From contig OZ024740.1 in NCBI GenBank assembly GCA_964016885.1, positions 211,172,001 to 211,236,000 on the forward strand: a DNA stretch of 64,000 nucleotides, read 5' to 3'. Under the pieces are notes generated by a model. It made no database searches. It was not told the DNA's origin and worked only from the letters and a program-made list of their open reading frames with translations. How positions within the stretch are numbered: position 1 is the stretch's first letter; each line of letters begins with the position of its first letter. The DNA is from Eledone cirrhosa. Lineage: Eukaryota. Below, piece by piece: positions 51,055 to 64,000 of the stretch. A program made the position numbers and the translations under genes.

Positions 51055-51470
51055 TTCTACTTTTGACACAAGGCCAGCAATTACCCAGTACATTACTGGT
51101 ACTTTATTTTATCGACCCCGTAACGATGGAAGGCAAAGTTAACCTCGGCGGGATTTGAACTCAGATCATAAAGAGCCGTAACTCTATGTTGCAAAGCATG
51201 GTGCCGACTCTTTACCGATACTGCCAATACACCGCCCTTAATTATAATAACAATGGTTTCTTATATAGGCACAAGGCCAGTAATTTGGGGGGAGGGGAAA
51301 GTCGATTAAATCTACCCCATTGCGTGACTGGTACTTTATTTTATCGACCCCATGAGAATAAAAGGCAAAGTTAACCTCGGCGGGTTTTGAAATCAGACCA
51401 TAAAGGACCGTAACTCTATGCTGCAAAACATGGTGCCTGACTCTCTACCAATACTGCCAATCCCCCACCC
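51055..51470 (-). mobile_element. Two tandem Nin/Deu-domain SINEs
   Basis: Copies at ~51055-51237 and ~51256-51470. Confidence 0.8.
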
Positions 51471-51717
51471 TCATTTTAATAATAATTATGAAAATTATTG
51501 TGTACAGGGCTCAGGTGCATACAGCTACTAAAAAAAATTGATTCCACTAATTCTGAGAGAGATTGAACCTCTAGCTACATATTATAGCCAGAATGTCCAA
51601 CACACCAATGAGACCCGGGACTCATCATGTAGAATTTTGAATTCACATAAGCAGCTAAGAGTGGAGACAGTGAAACTGAATACATTGTATAAATGAACAC
51701 TGAAATATATTTAGCTG

Positions 51718-54700
51718 CACACTACAGACAACAACCACACAACAGACAACAACCACACTACAGACAACAACCACACTACTACAGACAACAACCACACTAC
51801 AGACAACAACCACACAACAGACAACAACCACACTACAGACAACAACCACACTACTACAGACAACAACCACACAACAGACAACAACCACAATACAGACAAC
51901 AACCACACTACAGACAACAACCACACCACTACAGACAACAACCACACTACAGACAACAACCACACAACAGACAACAACCACACTACAGACAACAACCACA
52001 CTACTACAGACAACAACCACACTACTACAGACAACAACCACACTACTACAGACAACAACCACACTACAGACAACAACCACACTACTACAGACAACAACCA
52101 CACTACTACAGACAACAACCACACTACTACAGACAACAACCACACTACAGACAACAACCACACTACTACAGACAACAACCACACTACTACAGACAACAAC
52201 CACACTACAGACAACAACCACACTACTACAGACAACAACCACACTACTACAGACAACAACCACACTACAGACAACAACCACACTACAGACACCAACCACA
52301 CTACAACAGACAACAACCACACTAGTACAGACAACAACCACACTACAGACAACAACCACACTACTACAGACAACAACCACACTAGTACAGACAACAACCA
52401 CACTAGTACAGACAACAACCACACCACTACAGACAACAACCACACTACAGACAACAACCACACTACAGACAACAACCACACTACAGACAACAACCACACT
52501 ACTACAGACAACAACCACACTATTACAGACAACAACCACACTACTACAGACAACAACCACACAACAGACAACAACCACACTACTACAGACAACAACCACA
52601 CTACTACAGACAACAACCACACTACTACAGACAACAACCACACTACAGACAACAACCACACTACTACAGACAACAACCACACTACAGACAACAACCACAC
52701 TACTACAGACAACCACCACACTACAGACAACAACAACACTACAGACAACAACCACACTACTACAGACAACAACCACACTACTACAGACAACAACCACACT
52801 ACTACAGACAACAACCACACTACTACAGACAACAACCACACTACTACAGACAACAACCACACTAGTACAGACAACAACCACACCACTACAGACAACAACC
52901 ACACTACAGACAACAACCACACTACTACAGACAACAACCACACTACTACAGACAACAACCACACTAGTACAGACAACAACCACACCACTACAGACAACAA
53001 CCACACTACAGACAACAACACTACTACAGACAACAACCACACTACTACAGACAACAACCACACTACAGACAACAACCACACTACTACAGACAACAACCAC
53101 ACTACAGACAACAACCACACTACTACAGACAACAACCACACTACAGACAACAACAACACTACAGACAACAACCACACTACTACCGACAACAACCACACTA
53201 CTACAGACAACAACCACACTACAGACAACAACCACACTACTACAGACAACAACCACACTACAGACAACAACCACACTACTACAGACAACAACCACACTAC
53301 TACAGACAACAACCACACTACAGACAACAACCACGCTACTACAGACAACAACCACACTACTACAGACAACAACCACACTACAGACAACCACACTACAGAC
53401 AACAACCACACTACTACAGACAACAACCACACTACAGACAACAACCACACTACTACAGACAACAACCTCACTACTACAGACAACAACCACACTACAGACA
53501 ACAACCACACTACAGACAACAACCACACTACAGACAACAACCACACTACTACAGACAACAACCACACTACTACAGACAACAACCACACTACAGACAACAA
53601 ATACACTACTACAGACAACAACCACACTACAGACAACAGCCACACTACTACAGACAACAACCACACTACAGACAACAACCACACTACAGACAAAACCACA
53701 CTAATACAGACAACAACCACACTACTACAGACAACAACCACACTACAGACAACAGCCACACTACTACAGACAACAACCACACTACAGACAACAACCACAC
53801 TACAGACAACAACCACACTAATACAGACAACAACCACACTAATACAGACAACAACCACACTAATACAGACAACAACCACACTACTACAGACAACAACCAC
53901 ACTACTACAGACAACAACCACACTACAGACAACAACCACACTACTATAGACAACAACCACAATACAGACAACAACCACACTACAGACAACAACCACACTA
54001 CTACAGACAACAACCACACTACAGACAACAACCACACTACAGACAACAACCACACTACAGACAACAACTACACTACTATAGACAACAACCTCACTACTAC
54101 AGACATCAACCACACTACAGACAACAACCACACTACAGACAACAACCTCACTACTACAGACAACAACCACACTACTACAGACAACAACCACACTACAGAC
54201 AACAACCACACTACTACAGACAACAACCACACTACTACAGACAACAACCACACTACTAGACAACAACCACACTACTACAGACAACAACCACACTACAGAC
54301 AACAACCACACTACAGACAACAACCACACTACAGACAACAACCACACTACTACAGACAACAACCACACTACTACAGACAACAACTACACTACAGACAACA
54401 ACCACACTACAGACAACAACCACACTACTACAGACAGCAACCACACTACAGACAACAACCACACTACAGACAACAACCACACTACTACAGACAACAACCC
54501 CACTACTACAGACAACAACCACACTACAGACAACAACCACACTACAGACAACAACCACACTACAGACAACAACCACACTACTACAGACAACCGCCACACT
54601 ACAACAGACAACAACCACACTACAGACAACAACCACACTACAGACAACAACCACACTACAGACAACAACCACACTACTACAGACAACAACCACACTACAG

Positions 54701-57663
54701 ACAACAACCACACTACTACAGACAACAACTACACTACTACAGACAACAACCACACTACTACAGACAACAACCACACTACTACAGACAACAACCACACAAC
54801 AGACAACAACCACACTACAGACAACAACCACACTACAGACAACAACCACACTACAGACAACAACCACACTACAGACAACAACCACACTACAGACAACAAC
54901 CACACTACTACAGACAACAACCACACTACAGACAACAACCACACTACTACAGACAACAACCACACTACAGACAACAACCACACTACTACAGACAACAACC
55001 ACACTACTACAGACAACAACCACACTACTACAGACAACAACCAAACTACTACAGACAACAACCACACTACAGACAACAACCACACTACAGAAAACAACCA
55101 CACTACAGAAAACAACCACACTACTACAGACAACAACCTCACTACTACAGACAACAACCACACTACAGACAACAACCACACTACAGACAACAACCACACT
55201 ACTACAGACAACAACCACACTACTACAGACAACAACCACACGACATACAACAACCACACTACTACAGACAACAACCACACTACAGACAACAGCCACACTA
55301 CTACAGACAACGACCACACTACAGACTACAACCACACTACTACAGACAACAACCACACTACTACAGACAACAACCACACTACAGACAACAACCACACTAC
55401 TATAGACAACAACCACACTACTACAGACAACAACCACACTACAGACAACAACCACACTACAGACAACAACCACACTACTACAGACAACAACCACACTACT
55501 ACAGACAACAACCACACTACTACAGACAACAACCACACTACAACAGACAACAACCACACTACAACAGACAACAACCACACTACAGACAACAACCACACTA
55601 CTACAGACAACAACCACACTACTACAGACAACAACCACACTACAGACAACAACTACACTACTACAGACAACAACCACACTACAGACAACAGCCACACTAC
55701 TACAGACAACAACCACACTACAGACAACAACCACACTACAGACAAAACCACACTAATACAGACAACAACCACACTACTACAGACAACAACCACACTACTA
55801 CAGACAACAACCACACTACAGACAACAGCCACACTACTACAGACAACAACCACACTACTACAGACAACAACCACACTACAGACAACAACCACACTACAGA
55901 CAACAACCACACTACTACAGACAACAACCACACTACTACAGACAACAACCACACTACTACAGACAACAACCACACTACTACAGACAACAACCACACTACA
56001 GACAACAACCACACTACTACAGACAACAACCACACTACAGACAACAACCACACTACAGACAACAACCACACTACTACAGACAACAACCACACTACAGACA
56101 ACAACCACACTACAGACAACAACCACACTACAGACAACAACTACACTACTATAGACAACAACCTCACTACTACAGACATCAACCACACTACAGACAACAA
56201 CCACACTACTACAGACAACAACTACACTACAGACAACAACCACACTACTACAGACAACAACCACACTACAGACAACAACCACACTACTACAGACAACAAC
56301 CACACTACTACAGACAACAACCACACTACAGATAACAACCACACTACAGACAACAACCACACTACTACAGACAACAACCACATTACTACAGACAACAACC
56401 ACACTACAACAGACAACAACCACACTACTACAGACAACAACCACACTACTACAGACAACAACCACACTACTACAGACAACAACCACACTACAGACAACAA
56501 CCACACTACTACAGACAACAACCACACTACTACAGACAACAACCACACTACTACAGACAACAACCACACTACTATAGACAACAACCACACAACAGACAAC
56601 AACCACACTACAGACAACAACCACACTACAGACAACAACCACACTACAGACAACAACCACACTACAGACAACAACCACACTACTACAGACAACAACCACA
56701 CTACAGACAACAACCACACTACTACAGACAACAACCACACTACAGACAACAACCACACTACTACAGACAACAACCACACTAGTACAGACAACAACCACAC
56801 TACAGACAACAACCACACTACTACAGACAACAACCACACTACTACAGACAACAACCAAACTACTACAGACAACAACCACACTACAGACAACAACCACACT
56901 ACAGAAAACAACCACACTACAGAAAACAACCACACTACAGAAAACAACCACACTACTACAGACAACAACCTCACTACTACAGACAACAACCACACTACAG
57001 ACAACAACCACACTACAGACAACAACAACACTACAGACAACAACCACACTACTACCGACAACAACCACACTACTACAGACAACAACCACACTACAGACAA
57101 CAACCACACTACTACAGACAACAACCACACTACAGACAACAACCACACTACTACAGACAACAACCACACTACTACAGACAACAACCACACTACAGACAAC
57201 AACCACACTACTACAGACAACAACCACACTACAGACAACAACCACACTACAGACAACAGCCACACTACTACAGACAACAACCACACTACAGACTACAACC
57301 ACACTACTACAGACAACAACCACACTACTACAGACAACAACCACACTACAGACAACAACCACACTACAGACAACAGCCACACTACTACAGACAACAACCA
57401 CACTACAGACTACAACCACACTACTACAGACAACAACCACACTACTACAGACAACAACCACACTACAGACAACAACCACACTACAGACAACAACCACACT
57501 ACTACAGACAACAACCACACTACAGACAACAACCACACTACAGACAACAACCACACTACTACAGACAACAACCACACTACAGACAACAACCACACTACAG
57601 TCAACAACCACACTACAGACAACAACCACACTACAGACAACAACCACACTACAGACAACAACC
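51718..57663. repeat. ~5.9-kb satellite of interspersed 18-bp (CACACTACAGACAACAAC) and 21-bp (CACACTACTACAGACAACAAC) units
   Basis: Seen directly in the sequence. Confidence 0.98.
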
Positions 57664-58299
57664 AAGATAAAGTTGTGTAAGAGGTAAACATGGTGTTTGT
57701 CTGCTGCTTGTGAGATAGAGGACATAAATAACACCTGAAAACTATTCTCTGAAAACCTGAGAGAGAAGATGAAAAACATGAGAACATTCTTTACATCATA
57801 AGGAAGGATTTCAAAGTTAATGCTTACTAACAATACACACATGCACACACACATACACAAACCACACACATAAATACACATGCACACACCCACACACACG
57901 CACAAACCACACACATAAACTATAAACATACACCCATATGTACACACACACACACATAAACACACACACACACAATTCTTGGGAAATACTTTTTCTAATA
58001 TTGCTTATGAAATGAACACTAAAATATTTATTTGATAAATATTAATAAATTATTAATGTAATAATAATAATAATTGTTTCTACTTTTAGCACAAGGCCAT
58101 CAATTTAAAGTTAACCTCGGCGGGATTTGATAATAATTGTTTCTTTACTGGTCAGAAGGGCCGATATATTGGGAACAATACAAAAAGACAGGGACAGTGT
58201 GTGTGTGGGGGGGGGGGGGGTACAAAAGAGTTTAGTAAAAAATAAATACAATAACAATAAACAATAAAACAAAAACAACACAATTTCCCAATGGGAGGG

Positions 58300-58900
58300 A
58301 GTACCACCCAGGGGTGATTCAGGTACCCCACAAAACCTTCCCCCTCACCCCTCGATGATTCGAGAACACCCAGGAAGGGCAACCCTCTCCTCCTCAAATT
58401 AGCCAGTCTACAAGCTCATGCTCAGAGTATGCCCATTTACATGGGCCATTCTTGTAACATTCACCCACCTTTTAACAAAGCACTTCCTTCTCCACCCTCA
58501 CCTTCTTTTCCAAGTGAAACTTGAGAAGGTTGCTGAGGAATTGGCCAAAGAGAAAAGTGTCTTCAGTCCTTTCAACCTATGGTCACAAGACAGAGAAAAA
58601 CTGTCTACCATTCCTGGTCAAGAAAAGGTGGCAGGGCAATCTTCACTATGGTCTCGGTTGATAGCCAGATCCGTTCTACACGCGACAACAGTTGTTTGAT
58701 ATAACTCCAGAAGTCAGTAATGCACGGACACTGGATGAGTGCATGCAGAACGGTTTCGTCACTCTATGCACATCTCAGGCAGGTCTGTCTGACAGCACTT
58801 CCATGCCTGTAGAGTTTAATTCAAACCAAGTGCCCCCTGGTAGCACTGCGAAACGAGGGATTTCTGGAAGTTATCCATAGTCCATGGCTCTAGAATCCTT
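58300..58900 (-). pseudogene. Tx1/L1-clade LINE ORF2 3' fragment
   Basis: Minus strand CLRCA*SDETVLHALIQC..FW matches the CxxC..ETxxHxxxxC knuckle of L1/Tx1 ORF2; it contains stops. Confidence 0.7.
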
Positions 58901-58954
58901 TGGAACAGACTGGTCAGTTCAACTTCGTCAACACCCAAAGCCTATCCGAACACA

Positions 58955-59272
58955 AAGGGCCGTAACTCTATGCTGCAAAGCATGTTGCCCAATGTTCAAC
59001 AGATACTGCAGATACTGCCAATCCCCCACCGTGGGGGGGGGGGGACATGATAATTGTTTCTACTTTAGGCACAAGATCAGCAACTTGAAGGGAGAGGGGA
59101 AAGTCAATTAAATCGACCCCAGTGCATTACTGGTACTTTATTTTATCGACCCAGTAAGGATGAAAGGCAAAGCTAATCTCTGTGGGATTTGAACTCAGAA
59201 AGTAAAGGGCCATAACTCTATGTCACAAAGCATATTGTCCGACATTCTACCAATACTGCCAATCCCCCACCC
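58955..59272 (-). mobile_element. Nin/Deu-domain SINE plus an extra head fragment
   Basis: Same family as 51256-51470. Confidence 0.75.
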
Positions 59273-60601
59273 TGAGGGAGGACTTGATAATAATAATATT
59301 ACACAACTGATGCAGTTACACTGTGTGAGTATGGAAGAGCAGATGATGCTGATGATGATAACAACCAATGACCTATTTGATGAAAGTTTATTAAAATTAG
59401 AAATATAATTGATAACTTGAATTACATCACTGATAGAAATATATGACAAGAAATGAAGTTTGACATTCTTTCACTGACTTCAGTCTTCAGGTTGTAGCCA
59501 TGGTGAAGCATCTTTAAGGGCATATCAATCATATTGATCATATCAATATGATTGGTTTCAGTATATATATATATATATCATCATCATCATCATCATCACC
59601 ACCACCGCTACTGCCACCACTACCTTCTTCTTTGTCCAAACACCCTTTCCAGTGGGTCCTGTCAGAAACCTGTCAGAAAGTGTCTCCAACTAATCTGACT
59701 GGAACCCCAAGCGAGACCAGCCAAGCTCATGGATGTTATCCAACCATCTTGCTCAGGGTCTACCTCTGGGTCTCCTGCTGGTTTGTTTTACCTGTAAAAT
59801 TTGTCCAGCGATTCTTTCCTGAGACATGCCCATAGTATTGCAGCTGTTCATCTCTCAATTTGGAGAAATAATGACTCTATCTGGAGTGACTTTCTTATCT
59901 CCAAGCTACAATTCTGTCCAGTGATTCTTTCCTGAGATATTCTAGACACATTTCCATAGATATATATTTTTATAATTTATAAAACAGCTTATGGATATAA
60001 AAAAATTGCAATGGGATCTTTGGCAGACTTGGAAAAGAGAATTTTAATTACCTAAGAATCAGTTAAATAGCTAACAGCATGAAAATTCATATACTGAAAA
60101 GACTTATTAGATGGCTCACTAGAGGTAATAGATATGTTCTGTTACCTTGGGGATATGTGCTAGAATTAGTTATAGTGGTAGCATGGGGCTAGGGTGTGAG
60201 GAAGGCAGCAAAAGCTTTAAGAACCATTACATCTATTTGCAACGAAAAGTATCTATCTTTATACTAAAAACAGATAGCTAAAGGTGTGTGTGTAAGGAGT
60301 ATAATGTTGTAACAGAGAAACTGAAATAATTTGGAGAGAATATTATCTAAAGGATGTTAACATATGAGAAAAGTTAAGCAGACCTATGCAAAGTGTGTTG
60401 ATATCATGGGTAGTGGCATCTGTATACAACAGATATACAACTGATGGTAATAAACTGTTTACTTCACAACCACTGGCTCTTCAGTTCTATACCAATACAG
60501 GGCTTCATTCAGCAGACAGTTTCTAATATATATTCAGGATAACCAATGTGCAAGGCCTTGTGAATTTGGTAGAAAGTAACTGTAGGGAAGTTTATCTCTG
60601 A

Positions 60602-60652
60602 TACACACACGCAGAGACACATACACACACACACACTCAGACACACACACAT

Positions 60653-60688
<36 letters not shown>

Positions 60689-61040
60689 ATACATATGCAC
60701 ACACACACACATCCACACACTCACATGCATATACGAACACACACATGCATATACGCACACACACACACATACACATGCACACACACACTCACACATCCAC
60801 ACACGCACGCACACATGCACACACACATATACACGCACATGCATATACGCACGCACACACACACGCACATACACATGCACACCCATACACACACTCACGC
60901 ATACACACACACACACATACACATGCATATACGCACACACACACACGCACATACACTCACACACACGCACGCACATACACACACGCAAACACATACACAT
61001 ACACATGCACACACACATACACACACACACGCACATATGC
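60602..61040. repeat. Degenerate (CA)n array
   Basis: Seen directly in the sequence. Confidence 0.95.
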
Positions 61041-61324
61041 ATATATGTGTGTGTTTGTTTGTCTCTTCTCTTTGTATTTAAGAAGATTACAGATGATGAT
61101 ATTTGTTTATGTTCTGCATAAACAGATCCTGCTGATCAGTGACAAGACATGAGCACATATGTACTTTATGTAGATATTAACAAATAAAGGCTAATGCAAG
61201 GAACAGCATCCAATCATAGAATTACGCCTCAAAAACATCTCATCCAACCCATGCCAATATGGAAAAATGGATGTAAAACAGATGATATAATACAAATAAA
61301 TGAGAAATTGTAGTAAAAAAAACC

Positions 61325-64000
61325 CCATAAGTTAAGAATAGAAGGTAGCCACGATTTTACAATGAAAGTCTCCCATAAGTTGATAGTAGAAGGTAGACAT
61401 GATAGAAGGTTACAATGAAAGTCTCCCATAAAATGATAGTAGAAAGTAGCCATGATAGAAGTTTACAATGAAAGTCTCCCATAAAATGATAGTAGAAGGT
61501 AGTCATGATAGAAGTTTACAATGAAAGTCTCTCATAAGTTGATAGTAGAAGGTAGCCATGATAGAAGTTTACAATGAAAGTCTCCCATAAAATGATAGTA
61601 GAAGGTAGCCATGACAGAAGTTTACAATGAAAGTCTCTCATAAGTTGATAGTAGAAGGTAGCCATAAGAGAAGTTTACAATGAAAGTCTTTCATAAGCTG
61701 ATAGTAGAAGATAGCCATGATAGAAGTTTACAATGAAAGTCTCCCATAAAATGATAGTAGAAAGTAGCCATGATAGAAGTTTACAATGAAAGTCTCCCAT
61801 AAAATGATAGTAGAAGGTAGTCATGATATGAGAGACTTTCATTGTAAACTTCTATCATGGCTACCTTCTACTATCATTTTATGGGAGACTTTCATTGTAA
61901 ACTTCTATCATGGCTACCTTCTACTATCAACTTATGAGAGACTTTCATTGTAAACTTCTATCATGACTACATTCTACTATCATTTTATGGGAGACTTTCA
62001 TTGTAAACTTCTATCATGGCTATCTTCTACTATCAACTTATGAGAGAATTTCATTGTAAACTTCTATCATGACTACCTTCTACTATCATTTTATGGGAGA
62101 CTTTCATTGTAAACTTCTATCATGGCTATCTTCTACTATCAGCTTATGAGAGACTTTCATTGTAAACTTCTGTTATGGCTACCTTCTACTATCAACTTAT
62201 GAGAGACTTTCATTGTAAACTTCTGTCATGACTACCTTCTACTATCATTTTATGGGAGACTTTCATTGTAAACTTCTATCATGGCTACCTTCTACTATCA
62301 ACTTATGAGAGACTTTCATTGTAAACTTCTAAGTTGATAGTAGAAGGTAGCCATGATAGAAGTTTACAATGAAAGTCTCCCATAAAATGATAGTGGAAGG
62401 TAGTCATGACAGAAGTTTACAATGAAAGTCTCTCATAAGTTGATAGTAGAAGGTAGCCATAACAGAAGTTTACAATGAAAGTCTCTCATAAGCTGATAGT
62501 AGAAGATAGCCATGATAGAAGTTTACAATGAAAGTCTCCCATAAAATGATAGTAGAAGGTAGTCATGATAGAAGTTTACAATGAAAGTCTCTCATAAGTT
62601 GATAGTAGAAGGTAGCCATGATAGAAGTTTACAATGAAAGTCTCCCATAAAATGATAGTAGAAGGTAGCCATGACAGAAGTTTACAATGAAAGTCCCCCA
62701 TAAGTTGATAGTAGAAGGTAGCCATGATAGAAGTTTACAATGAAAGTCCCCCATAAGTTGATAGTAGAAGGTAGCCATGATAGAAGTTTACAATGAAAGT
62801 CTCCCATAAATTGATAGTGGAAGGTAGCCATGATAGAAGTTTACAATGAAAGTCTCCCATAAAATGATAGTAGAAGGTAGCCACGATAGAAGTTTACGAT
62901 GAAAGTCTCCCATAAAATGATAGTAGAAGGTAGCCATGATAGAAGTTTACAATGAAAGTCTCCCATAAGTTGATAGTAGAAGGTATCCATGATAGAAGTT
63001 TACAATGAAAGTCTTCCATTAAATGATAGTAGAAGGTAGCCATGATAGAAGTTTACAATTAAAGACTCCCATAAAATGATAGTAGAAGGTAGCCATGATA
63101 GAAGTTTACAATGAAAGTCTTCCATTAAATGATAGTAGAAGGTAGCCATGATAGAAGTTTACAATGAATGTCTCTCATAAAATGATAGTAGAAGGTAGCC
63201 ATGATAGAAGTTTACAATGAATGTCTCCCATAAAATAATAGTAGAAGGTAGCCATGATAGAAGTTTACAATGAAAGTCTCCCGTAAGTTGATAGTAGAAG
63301 GTAGCCATGATAGAAGTTTACAATGAAAGTCTCCCATAAGTTATTAGTAGAAGGTAGTCATGATAGAAGTTTACAATGAAATTCTCCCATAAGTTGATAG
63401 TGGAAGGTAGCCTTGATAGAAGTTTACAATTAAAGACTCCCATAAAATGATAGTAGAAGGTAGCCATGATAGAAGTTTACAATGAAAGGCTCCCAAAAGT
63501 TGATAGTAGAAGGTAGCCATGATAGAAGTTTACAATGAAAGTCTCCCATAAGTTGATAGTAGAAGGTAGCCATGATAGAAGTTTACAATGAAAGTCTCCC
63601 ATAAGTTGATAGAGAAGGTACCCATGATAGTAGTTTACAATGAAAGTCTCCCATAAGTTGATGGTAGAATGTAGCCATGATAGAAGTTTACAATGAAAGT
63701 CTCCCATAAAATGATAGTAGAAGGTAGCCATGATAGAAGTTTACAATGAAAGTCCCCCATAAGTTGATAGTAGAAGGTATCCATGATAGAAGTTTACAAT
63801 GAAAGTCTTCCATTAAATGATAGTAGAAGGTATCCATGATAGAAGTTTACAATGAATGTCTCCCATAAAATAATAGTAGAAGGTAGCCATGATAGAAGTT
63901 TACAATGAAAGTCTCCCGTAAGTTGATAGTAGAAGGTAGCCATGATAGAAGTTTACAATGAAAGTCTCCCATAAGTTATTAGTAGAAGGTAGTCATGATA
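61325..64000. repeat. 53-bp satellite (CATGATAGAAGTTTACAATGAAAGTCTCCCATAARWTGATAGTAGAAGGTAGC)n with inverted block 61827-62330; continues past window end
   Basis: Period of 53 (e.g. 61451 to 61504); the orientation switch is visible at ~61827 and ~62331. Confidence 0.97.

Noticed and set aside
51655-57971. Long SVVVVC / SVVWLL / YRQQPH repeat ORFs
   Set aside because: They are satellite translations, open in several frames, broken by indels, and without signal peptide or unique domains.
59455-59500. CTGAAGA-hairpin-GAAA on the minus strand (and CTGAAGA-T-GAAA at ~37738-37750)
   Set aside because: No stem I partner in the first case and no stem II in the second; likely chance matches.
60509-61152. 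His/Thr-rich and Cys/Val-rich ORFs
   Set aside because: They are translations of a degenerate (CA)n array.
61325-64000. CRISPR-like regular repeats
   Set aside because: These are head-to-tail 53-bp monomers without unique spacers, with no cas genes and a eukaryotic context.

Overview
Repeat-dominated, gene-poor eukaryotic (animal) DNA. The SINE/LINE/microsatellite landscape suggests a coleoid cephalopod such as Octopus (inference). Bases ~2-33 kb are long, strand-asymmetric (TA)n-derived arrays broken by retroelement insertions. These include one RTE-clade LINE with an uninterrupted 1181-aa APE-RT-3xC2H2 ORF and a ~500-bp internally deleted relative. Also present are two apparently identical 5'-truncated CR1-group copies, several RTE/RTEX-like copies with a PHD-like finger inside the RT region, their partner tRNA-derived SINEs, and a DD37D (maT) mariner remnant. 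Several short, mutually divergent non-coding elements carry minimal type-I hammerhead ribozymes, resembling Penelope pLTRs. Many 5' junctions of these inserts show short templated direct or fold-back duplications. Bases 33-64 kb hold MITEs, Nin/Deu-domain SINEs, CRE and Tx1/L1 fragments, an inverted RTE, a decayed Gypsy LTR element, a ~6-kb 18/21-bp satellite and a 53-bp satellite with a mirror-inverted block. No host protein-coding gene is confidently identified. The Y/I-rich and V/S/C-rich ORFs in the track are repeat artefacts.
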